From the NCBI GenBank assembly GCA_001873285.1, contig MNYV01000125.1, forward strand, positions 1 to 35,298: a stretch of DNA of 35,298 nucleotides. The letters are read 5' to 3'. Below, one piece after another: positions 1 through 8,434 of this stretch; positions within the stretch are counted from its first letter, which is position 1; every line of letters starts with the position of its first letter. Under the pieces are notes generated by a model. That model was not told the DNA's origin. It saw only the letters and a program-made list of their open reading frames with translations, and made no database searches. Position numbers and translations under genes: made by a program. The DNA comes from Nitrospirae bacterium CG2_30_53_67. GTDB taxonomy: Bacteria > CG2-30-53-67.

Positions 1-55
1 GGCGGTCTTTGTCGGCCGGACCCGGCTGATTGATAATGTTCTGGTTCATCCTTAG
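1..55 (+). CDS. panC: 3' end of pantoate--beta-alanine ligase (partial)
   Basis: Frame from base 2 reads AVFVGRTRLIDNVLVHP*; the 'G.TRLIDN' motif is the PanC C-terminal signature. Confidence 0.8.
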   Translation, partial: AVFVGRTRLIDNVLVHP

Positions 56-216
56 TGGTCCTGTTCGTAAATATGGTAACGTACCGAGAGGGTCGTAGGG
101 CGGTCTCATCAAGGCGCGCGACTGAGGTGTACCCCTGTGGTACGCCGCAAGGAGCGGAACGCTGAAGAGACCGCCCTACGGCACTCGAATGCGACCGTAT
201 TTACGAATAGGGCCAC
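55..216 (+). mobile_element. MITE-like inverted-repeat element, copy 1 (162 bp)
   Basis: 22-bp imperfect terminal IRs GTGGTCCTGTTCGTAAATATGG / CCGTATTTACGAATAGGGCCAC; CTTAG at both 51-55 and 216-220; near-identical copy at 10764-10947. Confidence 0.85.
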
Positions 217-222
217 TTAGAA

Positions 223-798
223 TCAGAGGATCCTTACTCCCATCTCAGAAAGCATCTCGGTGAGCTTCATCATGGGAAGACCAACCACGTTGGTATAGCA
301 GCCTTGGATCCTTCGTACCAAGAGCATCCCCTTCCCCTGGATTCCGTAGGCGCCGGCCTTGTCCATGGGTTCACCGGTCGAGATGTAAGCCGAGATCTCC
401 CGGTCGGTCATCTCTTTGAAGAAGACCCGCGTGGTCTCTTGGCCGGTCATCATCTTGCCGCTTTCTGCTTCGATCAGGACCAGCGCCGTGATGACCTCAT
501 GGGACCTTCCGGAAAGTCTGCGCAGCATTTGGAATGCATCTTCCGGATCCTTGGGCTTGCCGAGAATCTCCCCGTCCAAGACAACGATGGTATCCGCTCC
601 GATGACGATCCCGGACGTAAGCCGGGAAGCCACGTCAGCCGCCTTTTCCCCGGCCAGGGTCCGTGCAACCTCAAGAGGCGATAAGCCGTCTTGATGCTCT
701 TCCTCAACGGAGCTGGGAATCACCTCAAAACGCAGTCCCACCTCTGCGAGCAGATCTCGACGACGCGGAGACGCGGAAGCCAGGATCAGTCTTTTCAT
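223..798 (-). CDS. maf: Maf/YhdE nucleoside triphosphate pyrophosphatase
   Basis: LILASASPRR, GADTIV, GEPMDKAGAYGIQG and NVVGLP motifs. Confidence 0.97.
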   Translation of the reverse strand: MKRLILASASPRRRDLLAEVGLRFEVIPSSVEEEHQDGLSPLEVARTLAGEKAADVASRLTSGIVIGADTIVVLDGEILGKPKDPEDAFQMLRRLSGRSHEVITALVLIEAESGKMMTGQETTRVFFKEMTDREISAYISTGEPMDKAGAYGIQGKGMLLVRRIQGCYTNVVGLPMMKLTEMLSEMGVRIL

Positions 799-1026
799 CA
801 GTATCCTTTAATTGACAAACCAATAAATTTTCTTTCCCATTCACACACCGAGCTCTCAGAATAATAAAAGTGCGACATCAAATCAATGGATTTTCTTTTT
901 TTTATTTTATGGGATGAATCTCATGGGGAAATATGTTATCTTTTCTTCAACGCATGATCCATATTACGGGTTGGCGCATGGGTCTTCAATCCTGCTCCAT
1001 ACCCTTTTTACAGGGACTATAAATTC

Positions 1027-2394
1027 ATGCCTTTAATCAACGAAAAAAGGTTGGACGAACATATCCGTTCCGTGAAGGAACCGTATGAAAAGAGTTTAGA
1101 ACGTTTGGTGGAAATCCCTACAGTCAGTTCCGACCCGGCATGCAAGCAAAATATCCGGAAGGCCGCGGTTTTGACGGCGGGAATCCTGAAATCGTTCGGC
1201 ATTCATGCGGAAGTTTTATGGACACCCGGCCATCCTGTGGTGATCGGGACCATGGGTACGAATAAAAAACATCGGACGGTTCTTATTTATAACCATCTGG
1301 ACGTGCAGCCTGCGGATCCATCGCAGTGGGACCAGGACCCATTCAAATTGACGATCCATGCCGGCCGATACGGCGGACGGGGCACGACCGACGACAAAGG
1401 CCCGGCCTTAACCGCCCTTTTTGCTGCAGCATACGCTCTGAAACAAGGGGTTCCCCTGAATTTCCGTTTTGTCTGGGAATTTGAAGAGGAGATCGGAAGC
1501 CCGAATTTTGAAAAAGCCATCCGATCAAGGAAAACCCTTCTCCAGGCCCATTCGATCATGGTTTCAGATACCGTCTGGGTCTTACGAAACAAACCCGCCA
1601 TCCCATACGGCATCCGGGGACTCCTGACCGCAAGCCTTTTTCTTGAAACCGGCAGCCGGGATGTTCATTCAGGATTGGCCGGAGGCGCGGCCAGGAACCC
1701 CATCGGAGAGCTTTGCAGGCTGATCACAGCGTGTTATGATCCTGTGACGGGCCGAGTGAAGATCCCCGGATTTTATGACGACATGCTGCCTCCAGGCAAG
1801 AAAGAACGGCGAAACTTCGAGGGGGTCGGCTTCAGGATTTCCGGCTTCAAGAAGGCGCATGGATTAAAGAAGATCCGTTTTGAGAAGACCGCACAGGTTC
1901 TAAACGCCATCTGGTTGAGGCCGACCTTCGAGGTTCACGGCATTGCAGGCGGATACACCGGGAAAGGGATCAAGACCGTGATCCCTCAAAAGGCAGAGGC
2001 CAAAATCAGCATGAGGCTGGTCCCGGGACAAGACCCGGGAAAAATCTTCTCTCAGTTTCGAGCTTTCGTAAAGGGTGAGAATCCTGACATCCATGTCCGT
2101 CCTGAAGCCTTTCTCGATCCCTATCTTTCCCCCGCAGATGGAGAGCACCTTCAAGCGGCTTCTGATGCCATGCAATTCGGATTTCAGAAAAAACCCGCCT
2201 TGATCCGGGAAGGAGGATCCATCGGGGCCGTGGTGAACCTAAATAAAATTTTTAAAATCCCTGTTATTTTCTTAGGACTCTCTCTCCCGGAACACGGGTA
2301 TCATGCGCCTAATGAATATTTTGAATGGACTCAGGTCACGGGAGGGATGCGAACCTTTGCACACTACTTTGAACGGATCAGCCGGATTATTTAG
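1027..2394 (+). CDS. M20/M25/M40 family metallopeptidase (dipeptidase-like)
   Basis: YNHLDVQP, GRGTTDDKGP, EEEIGS, DVHSG and HAPNE metal-binding motifs. Confidence 0.93.
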   Translation: MPLINEKRLDEHIRSVKEPYEKSLERLVEIPTVSSDPACKQNIRKAAVLTAGILKSFGIHAEVLWTPGHPVVIGTMGTNKKHRTVLIYNHLDVQPADPSQWDQDPFKLTIHAGRYGGRGTTDDKGPALTALFAAAYALKQGVPLNFRFVWEFEEEIGSPNFEKAIRSRKTLLQAHSIMVSDTVWVLRNKPAIPYGIRGLLTASLFLETGSRDVHSGLAGGAARNPIGELCRLITACYDPVTGRVKIPGFYDDMLPPGKKERRNFEGVGFRISGFKKAHGLKKIRFEKTAQVLNAIWLRPTFEVHGIAGGYTGKGIKTVIPQKAEAKISMRLVPGQDPGKIFSQFRAFVKGENPDIHVRPEAFLDPYLSPADGEHLQAASDAMQFGFQKKPALIREGGSIGAVVNLNKIFKIPVIFLGLSLPEHGYHAPNEYFEWTQVTGGMRTFAHYFERISRII

Positions 2395-2424
2395 CTGAGG
2401 GATCCGGATCCTGAAAGAACCGGT

Positions 2425-2886
2425 TTATCCCTTCTCTCTTTTTTGCTCTTGAACCTTGAGCCGGATCAGTTTGATATAGTCCATCACCCCGGCGATTTCC
2501 CGGTCCGGAAGATCCTCAATGATCTGAATGAGTTCTTCTTTCTTCCGGCTGAGTCTCGTATAACCGGGGATGCTCTCATGAAGCGAGCCGGGGAGGGGTT
2601 GCGCGCCTTCTCTCAAATCAGCGAGTCTTCGGTAATCCTCTTCATCCAGATACCCGGTCAATGTGTACAGGTAGGTGTAGTCCAATTTTAACGGCAAGGC
2701 CAGCTTTCTTAGGACCTGCGGGGTTGGGCGTTTTCTTTTCTTGTGGATGATCAGGGAGATCTCGGCTCGGGTCACGCCTGACAGGATCTCAAGTTTACGG
2801 AGTGACATCTTCGGACTGCGTCGTATGGCCTCCTTGATGATATCTCCCAGATTTTTCATCGAGCAATTTTTTCCATTAAAATTCAT
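2425..2886 (-). CDS. XRE/Cro-C1 family helix-turn-helix regulator (alternative start 2859)
   Basis: LGDIIKEA...MSLRKLEILSGVTRAEISLI...RPTPQVLRKLA..L.LDYTYLY..TGYL pattern typical of XRE repressors. Confidence 0.85.
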   Translation of the reverse strand: MNFNGKNCSMKNLGDIIKEAIRRSPKMSLRKLEILSGVTRAEISLIIHKKRKRPTPQVLRKLALPLKLDYTYLYTLTGYLDEEDYRRLADLREGAQPLPGSLHESIPGYTRLSRKKEELIQIIEDLPDREIAGVMDYIKLIRLKVQEQKREKG

Positions 2887-2970
2887 TGATTTGATTTAAA
2901 AATTAAGGCTCTTCTCCCATGTAGTGGGTAAAAAGGGTTCGAGGATTCCAGGGTTCAAGGGTTCAAGTGA

Positions 2971-3003
2971 ACCCCGTTAGAGAGACGAGCTCTCTAACGG
3001 GGT
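2971..3003. repeat. REP-like perfect hairpin
   Basis: ACCCCGTTAGAGA-N7-TCTCTAACGGGGT with GTGAA at both ends. Confidence 0.8.
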
Positions 3004-3061
3004 GAAATACTGAAACGCAAGCAAAATCTCCAGAGAAAAACACCGGCACCCTTAACCCCTA

Positions 3062-3215
3062 GTGTCGCGTCAACCTTGCAGTGCCTTTTGGTGTCACCCC
3101 CTCATCCTAACCTTCTCCCCATAGGGGAGAAGGGTTGTTTGAACGTCCTTCCCTTGGGGAGAGGACTGAGGTGAGAGGGAAAATGGGATACGTCATTTTA
3201 CACGTGACACGACAC
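3062..3215. mobile_element. MITE with GTGTCGYGTCA ends (IS630-like, TA target) carrying REP-like hairpins
   Basis: Ends GTGTCGCGTCA / TGACACGACAC, preceded by CTA; internal CCTTCTCCCC-ATA-GGGGAGAAGG hairpin and CCCTCATCCT...AGGTGAGAGGG arms. Confidence 0.65.
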
Positions 3216-3378
3216 GAGGACCCTCGGCCTTTTATGTTTTAGCACTTCACTTGACCCCTGGAATCCTTGACCCCTTGACCCCTTATGTTTTCACCCACTC
3301 TTTTGGAGATGATCCAAAATTAATATAACATTAAAGAAACTCACGGAATATGAAAACCCCAATAGATGAACAATAAAT

Positions 3379-3428
3379 GGTTGACAATATAACTCCATAA
3401 AAGTATAATTGGATATATATTGTTAACC
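3379..3428. promoter_or_regulatory. Inverted-repeat operator candidate overlapping the promoter
   Basis: GGTTGACAATATAACTCC (3379-3396) matches revcomp of GGATATATATTGTTAACC (3411-3428) at 15/18 positions. Confidence 0.55.
3381..3409 (+). promoter_or_regulatory. Perfect-consensus sigma70 promoter
   Basis: TTGACA (3381-3386), 17 bp, TATAAT (3404-3409). Confidence 0.85.
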
Positions 3429-3535
3429 ATCGTCAGGCCGTGATTTTCCCGCATAATCCATTAGATACATCCTGACTTATCGGAACATTTTGAATGATCT
3501 TGAGCGTTGAATCAAGAAAGGAGAGCAGGTGAAAG

Positions 3536-3730
3536 ATGATGGAATGCCGTGACTGCGTGTTTCACAATCTGAACTGTTCAGGAGAAGAGGCGGTTTTCAT
3601 TCTTGAGGTCTTAATACGAATCCGGCCTGACATCGAATCATACTGTGCGCTTTTTGATTCTGTCAGAATCGAGGCGTACCGCCAGTTGCAGGAATACCTC
3701 AGCGCACAGTCTCATGGGCCTGAAGATTGA
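3536..3730 (+). CDS. Small hypothetical protein with CxxC-x5-C and a fourth Cys (possible metal binding)
   Basis: 64-aa ORF, purine-rich RBS region (AAGGAG/AGGTGA) upstream, first gene after the strong promoter. Confidence 0.6.
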   Translation: MMECRDCVFHNLNCSGEEAVFILEVLIRIRPDIESYCALFDSVRIEAYRQLQEYLSAQSHGPED

Positions 3731-3798
3731 GAAGAAATTTCCAAGGCGGATATTTGAAAAACAAAGTCTGAATAAAGATCATTCATTGAGGCTGCGGT

Positions 3799-4998
3799 AT
3801 GCATTCACCTCTCGGTTTTTGGTTGATATTGAATGATTATCTCGACGGCACAAAATCACAAAAAAGGCGCTCCCTTTCGAGGCTTGTGGAGGCGGTTTCA
3901 AAGATTCCTTCCGCCGCCTCGATGCTCATGGATATACTAAGACCCCTTTCTGAGGATCATATCTCGGAACTCCTGCTCTCGATCGCCCAAAGGCTGGACC
4001 TTGAGATCCACAAAGTGACATGGGATCGGGAAGATTTTCAAAACGTGATGATCAATACGATCCGGTTCTACTCATCTGCGAATCAACTCGTAAAAGCGCT
4101 GCGGGAAAAAAGAGACCCTCCGAATCTTCACAGGCCTGCCCGATCCGCCGAATCCCCTGATCTTAACGGACTCTGGTCCAGAGAAAAGATCCGCGAGGCG
4201 CTGATCCAAATCTATCTGGAGAAAAAATGCAGCCGCAAGGCCGCGGCTGAGTCTCTCCTGACAACGTCTGCAGATCTGCGTCTCAGGATCTTCCCGCGCT
4301 TTGGGATCATTGAGAAAGCGCTGCAAAGGAGATGGATCGAGGATGCCGTGCTCGAATGTCCGGAAAAAATCGGAGAGGCGGCAGAGAGGCTCGGCATGAG
4401 CAGCCAAACCTTGAGAAAGAAGCTTAAGAAATACGGAATCCAAAGGCCCTTGCCGCCTAAAAAGATCCTGCATAAATTGGTGGACCGGCTCCCTGTTGTC
4501 CAGTGGTTCGAGGAGATGCATCACGGCACCGCTGAAACCACGGCAAAAGATTACAAATTTCGAAAATATTGTCTTCTCTTTTTCGGCTGCGTGGACAGGC
4601 TTTTTAACAAGGAATTTCGAACGGAAGAAGAGAAAAAATATATCCTGCGGTCATTGAGGCAATCCGCGAGCAGGAACCGGCGCCGAATTCATATTCTCTA
4701 CGATCAGCTTTTTGCCAGGCCGATCCCTTTCGATATCACAAAGGCTACGCGATACAAGTTCTGTAAAAGCATTCTCTATGAGATTTTTAAGTCACGATCT
4801 TCCGATGGAATGTTTGTGGATATCCTGCCGTCAGGAGATCCAAAGATGGATGAGATGATCTTATCACTTATGGTCTGGGCCCTGCGTCACTGGACCGAAA
4901 AGCCTATAAATTGGAAGGACTACCGCCGATGCGTCAGAACCGGACATCCTGTGCCGGATGTCCAAGAGAACCCTTCTCCTCTGCCGCGTCTTGCCTGA
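3799..4998 (+). CDS. Hypothetical protein with two central Fis-type HTH motifs
   Basis: 399-aa ORF; IEDAVLECPEKIGEAAERLGMSSQTLRKKLKKYGI is HTH_8-like, with a degenerate second copy IREALIQIYLEKKCSRKAAAESL. Confidence 0.75.
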   Translation: MHSPLGFWLILNDYLDGTKSQKRRSLSRLVEAVSKIPSAASMLMDILRPLSEDHISELLLSIAQRLDLEIHKVTWDREDFQNVMINTIRFYSSANQLVKALREKRDPPNLHRPARSAESPDLNGLWSREKIREALIQIYLEKKCSRKAAAESLLTTSADLRLRIFPRFGIIEKALQRRWIEDAVLECPEKIGEAAERLGMSSQTLRKKLKKYGIQRPLPPKKILHKLVDRLPVVQWFEEMHHGTAETTAKDYKFRKYCLLFFGCVDRLFNKEFRTEEEKKYILRSLRQSASRNRRRIHILYDQLFARPIPFDITKATRYKFCKSILYEIFKSRSSDGMFVDILPSGDPKMDEMILSLMVWALRHWTEKPINWKDYRRCVRTGHPVPDVQENPSPLPRLA

Positions 4999-5007
4999 AC
5001 GTATCCG

Positions 5008-5044
5008 GTTCGACCGGCTCACAGCCCTGAACTTGCCGAAGGGG
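5008..5044. repeat. Short REP-like repeat (TTCGAC.GGCTCA / CCTGA.CTTG.CGAAGG type)
   Basis: GTTCGACCGGCTCACAGCCCTGAACTTGCCGAAGGGG immediately after the stop at 4998. Confidence 0.5.
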
Positions 5045-5057
5045 CCGGTTTCTCTTA

Positions 5058-5121
5058 ACGGCCCTATTTTTCAATACGGCGGCATTCAATCGCCATACAC
5101 CTTATGGACGAACAGGACCCA
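5058..5121 (-). mobile_element. Degenerate, internally deleted copy 3 of the MITE-like family (inverted)
   Basis: ACGGCCCTATTTTTCAATACGGCGGCATTC and ACGAACAGGACC match the reverse complements of both ends of copy 1; TTA on both flanks (5055-5057, 5122-5124). Confidence 0.7.
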
Positions 5122-5274
5122 TTAGAAGGATTTACTTCTTCCGGTTTCTTCTCTTTGACGCCAGGGTCACCATATCGGATTTATTCCGATCCATTTTGGC
5201 CCTTTTCTTGGCTGTTTTAATCTTTCTCTTACGGGTCTTGGATGCCAACTCACCCTCCATCAGGTTTCAATCCC

Positions 5275-5571
5275 CTATCCATGTAGAATCCGAAAAGTTT
5301 TAAATTCTCCGGTATAGGGTTCTTCAGACATGTCAACATGGTTCACTTCGGCATAAGGAGGACCCTTCCGACACCATTTTGTAAACTCATAAAGGGTCTC
5401 TCCATCCCCTTCAGCCAGGACCTCCACGCTCCCATCGGCAAGATTCCTGACCCATCCTGTCAGGCTGCATCGAACGGCTTCCTCTTGTGTGCCGGCCCGG
5501 AAAAAGACTCCTTGAACCCTGCCATGAATAAGCAATCTTACTCGTTGTTTTTTTGCAGAAGCCATGATCAT
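5275..5571 (-). CDS. acyP: Acylphosphatase
   Basis: GRVQGVFFR and GWVRNL.DGSVE motifs, GPP.A.V. Confidence 0.96.
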   Translation of the reverse strand: MIMASAKKQRVRLLIHGRVQGVFFRAGTQEEAVRCSLTGWVRNLADGSVEVLAEGDGETLYEFTKWCRKGPPYAEVNHVDMSEEPYTGEFKTFRILHG

Positions 5572-5591
5572 TTAAAAAAAGATCCTCGGAA

Positions 5592-5789
5592 CTATTTCTT
5601 ATTCTCAGTCTCAATCTTTTTTTCTTTCTCCGGGGTCACATCGATTTCATCTTCGCCTTTGGTGGCTTTTTTAAAATTCTTGATCCCTTTTCCTATGCTG
5701 GTCCCGATCTCAGGAAGCTTCCCTGCGCCGAAAAGAACCAATACGATGACAAGGATGATCAAGAGCTCCATCCATCCCAATCCGAACAT
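5592..5789 (-). CDS. tatA: Twin-arginine translocase subunit TatA/E
   Basis: [40 protein letters not shown]. Confidence 0.97.
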   Translation of the reverse strand: MFGLGWMELLIILVIVLVLFGAGKLPEIGTSIGKGIKNFKKATKGEDEIDVTPEKEKKIETENKK

Positions 5790-5818
5790 ATGTCGCTCCT
5801 TGGAGGCTGCTGCCCTCT

Positions 5819-6427
5819 TTAATGGGTTTCGGAAAACTCCAATTTCAGGGCCTGGTACTCGTCCGGTGTATTGATATTCCGAATTGAACGAAGTTCAGGG
5901 TCAAATCGGACCATCTCCTTTTCCGCAATATACCTCACATGAAGGGAACTCACCAACTCGTGCAGGCTCCGTCTCCCCTGCCTCAGATGCCGCTCCATGG
6001 CGGACAGGCAATCCTTTTTATAAACGGCATGCAACGGATGGATCCGGGATCCTGGCCCCCTTTTCTCATCATGGATGACCGGTATAACCGCATCATATCC
6101 ATGGGCCAGATTCATCATATATTGAACCAAATCTCTTCGTATCAGGGGCATATCGCATGCCGCACAAAAATTTATTTCATCTTTGGCAGCCGCAACTCCT
6201 GTAAAAATTCCTGTGAGAGGCCCCCGCTCAGGCAGAAAATCCACCACCGTTCGTACAGGGAAGCCGGAATAAAGATCGGGTTCTCTGGTGACAATCATCA
6301 GTTCATTAAAGAGAGGAGCCAACGCCTCTATGACGGCCCATATGAACATTCTCCCCTTGCATGTCAGGAAGGCCTTGTTCCAGCCCATCCTTCTGTTTTC
6401 ACCTCCGGAAAGAATGATGCCCGCCAA
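5819..6427 (-). CDS. mobA: Molybdenum cofactor guanylyltransferase
   Basis: [33 protein letters not shown] and NINTPDEY motifs. Confidence 0.94.
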   Translation of the reverse strand: MAGIILSGGENRRMGWNKAFLTCKGRMFIWAVIEALAPLFNELMIVTREPDLYSGFPVRTVVDFLPERGPLTGIFTGVAAAKDEINFCAACDMPLIRRDLVQYMMNLAHGYDAVIPVIHDEKRGPGSRIHPLHAVYKKDCLSAMERHLRQGRRSLHELVSSLHVRYIAEKEMVRFDPELRSIRNINTPDEYQALKLEFSETH

Positions 6428-6465
6428 ATGTTTTCTCCATCGTCAGAAACAGCCCTGCATGGGCG

Positions 6466-6825
6466 TTACTTCATCTCCCTCACCTTAAGAAGCGACGTGA
6501 CTCCCTTCACTCCGCTCACACCCCTGGCAATGGTCATGGCCCTGTCGATCTCATCCTGGGAACGGACATAGCCGGAAAGGGTAACCTCCCCGAGGTTGGT
6601 ATCCACATCGATATTCAAGGCGCGTATATATGGATCCTGCAAGAGTCTTGTCTTGATGGATGCAGTAATCAAGGAATCATCGAACGCCTCCGGTATGGTT
6701 TTCTGATCCGTCCCCATCTTATAACCTGCCGTAGCCGCGCCTCCGATTAAGAGGGCTTCGCAACCCATGGTGAGAAAGGAGATCAGTAAAATCAAGGCGG
6801 TCATATTTCTAAGTTTTACACGCAT
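6466..6825 (-). CDS. BON-domain lipoprotein (OsmY-like)
   Basis: Lipobox-like LTMGC; DDSLITASIKTRLL...IDVDTNLGEVTLSGYV...GVSGV BON fold. Confidence 0.92.
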   Translation of the reverse strand: MRVKLRNMTALILLISFLTMGCEALLIGGAATAGYKMGTDQKTIPEAFDDSLITASIKTRLLQDPYIRALNIDVDTNLGEVTLSGYVRSQDEIDRAMTIARGVSGVKGVTSLLKVREMK

Positions 6826-6994
6826 GCTCTCTCTCCCAAATCAGCAGGTTATATTGCAAACAGCACCCTTGCCGGTTCTGTGAAAGATAGCAATTTTCTT
6901 TATAATTGTCAATGCCATTTCAATGCTGCAGCGCCTCATCTCTTGACACCTCTTTCTCCCTCTGTTATTCTGAATCCGCTTTTTGAGGAGAAAT

Positions 6995-7468
6995 ATGAAT
7001 CCCCTTGGGTTCGGCGTCATATTCGCGCTTCTTTCCGTGACCATCCCTTCTTATTCTGCCACGATCAACTGGGGTCCCTGGTCGGAAAATAAAGAAGCCC
7101 CTGTTATCGGAGAGGGATCGCCCTGTGATGAAAAAACAGAACCGGACGCCTGGAATCCTTTCGTTCGCTTCCTGGGCGGGGCTGTTCACGTTTTCCAGCA
7201 GTACATTTCTCCGGTTGACGGAGACCGGTGTTCCATGGCCCCGACGTGCTCACATTACAGTATCCAGGCCCTGCAAAAGCATGGAGCTTCCCTGGGGTTC
7301 ATGATGAGTGCGGACCGGATCGTGCATGAATATGAAGAACAGCGGTTTGTCCCTGTTCTCCGGGATGGCATGAGATCCCGGTTTTACGATCCGATCGAGA
7401 ATAATGATTTCTGGTTTGCCGAAGCGGTCCGTCACGACCCTCCTGAATCGCGCCGAACCGGGGAGTAG
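6995..7468 (+). CDS. YidD-like (membrane protein insertion efficiency factor) with N-terminal signal-like segment
   Basis: FQQYISPVDGDRCSMAPTCSHYSIQALQKHG YidD core; start 6995 or 6983. Confidence 0.85.
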   Translation: MNPLGFGVIFALLSVTIPSYSATINWGPWSENKEAPVIGEGSPCDEKTEPDAWNPFVRFLGGAVHVFQQYISPVDGDRCSMAPTCSHYSIQALQKHGASLGFMMSADRIVHEYEEQRFVPVLRDGMRSRFYDPIENNDFWFAEAVRHDPPESRRTGE

Positions 7469-8380
7469 GTGATGGAACCGAAAACCCGTAAGTTCGTTTT
7501 TTCAGTCATCTTGATTCTTATCAGTTTTTATACGGTCCTCTCCGCCCATGCCGATCCTTCCGGTTCTCTCGAAGCAGACCGCCTCATCGCTTTTGCAGGG
7601 AGTCTCATGGAAGAAAAGGATTATTACCGGGCCATTACCGAATACAAACGGTTCTTGTCTTATTACCCGGATGATGAACGGGCCTCTCTATGCCTTCTAA
7701 ATATCGCCATCGCCTATGAAAGCGGAGGAAAGACCGATCTGGCTGTGGAACAGTTTCAGCGGATTTATAAAAATTATCCTGGAACCCCCGTATCAGAAAG
7801 GGCTTACTATGAAATCGGGATTGCCTACTACACGGACGGACGATACGAAGATGCGGACAGGGCCTTTTCGGATTTTATAAAAAACTATCCGGACTCCACC
7901 CGCATGGATCCGGCGCGCCTATACCTGGGGTGGTCTCTCATTTACCTTGAGAAGCTTGATCGCGCCGCCGGTGTTTTTTCCGGCGTCAGCGAAAAGAGCC
8001 CCCAATATCCCGCTGCCCAAGCCTTATCCAAAGAGATGGCATCCGGCATGGCCCCTCCGGTCAAGTCTCCTCTTCTTGCAGGAATATTCTCCGCCGTCCT
8101 CCCCGGGGCCGGCCAGATCTATACGGGACGATGGACTGAAGGAATGACGTCATTCGTCCTGAACGGATCTTTTATCTGGGCCGCTTTTGAGCTCTTTGAC
8201 CGGGGGAGCGAAGCAGCCGGAACGATTCTCGGATTTTTTGAGACCGGATGGTACACCGGAGGGATCTTCGGCGCCGTAAATGACGCACACAAATTCAACC
8301 GGAAGGCAAGGATGGATTTCATTCAGAATCTAAAAACCCGATTTCCATTGCTTGCTGTAAAAGAAGGCGCAGGCTTTTAA
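7469..8380 (+). CDS. Exported TPR protein (BamD/YfiO-like repeats) with C-terminal hydrophobic KSP..AG..SA.LPGAGQ.Y domain
   Basis: Signal peptide ending AHA; repeated 'A..E(Y/F).R/D F..YP' TPRs; starts directly after the upstream stop. Confidence 0.88.
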   Translation: MMEPKTRKFVFSVILILISFYTVLSAHADPSGSLEADRLIAFAGSLMEEKDYYRAITEYKRFLSYYPDDERASLCLLNIAIAYESGGKTDLAVEQFQRIYKNYPGTPVSERAYYEIGIAYYTDGRYEDADRAFSDFIKNYPDSTRMDPARLYLGWSLIYLEKLDRAAGVFSGVSEKSPQYPAAQALSKEMASGMAPPVKSPLLAGIFSAVLPGAGQIYTGRWTEGMTSFVLNGSFIWAAFELFDRGSEAAGTILGFFETGWYTGGIFGAVNDAHKFNRKARMDFIQNLKTRFPLLAVKEGAGF

Positions 8381-8434
8381 AAAGAAGCGGGTTCCCGGCC
8401 TCGGGTCTCTGTGATCAAGAGCGCCGGAATGGGA

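Larger units (their letters stand above)
2907..3315. repeat. Composite nested miniature repeat element (outer IRs with inverted octamer arrays)
   Basis: Degenerate outer IR GGCTCTTCTCCCATGTAGTGGGT vs revcomp GGATCATCTCCAAAAGAGTGGGT; octamer runs GGGTTCGA/GGATTCCA/GGGTTCAA (2935-2971) inverted against TTGACCCC/TGGAATCC (3246-3282). Confidence 0.75.

Noticed and set aside
2935..3282. Octamer repeats as a CRISPR array
   Set aside because: Short tandem 8-mers without unique spacers; no cas genes in the window.
6853..6872. Possible sigma54 site upstream of the BON gene
   Set aside because: TTGCA is present but GG is not at the required -24 spacing.
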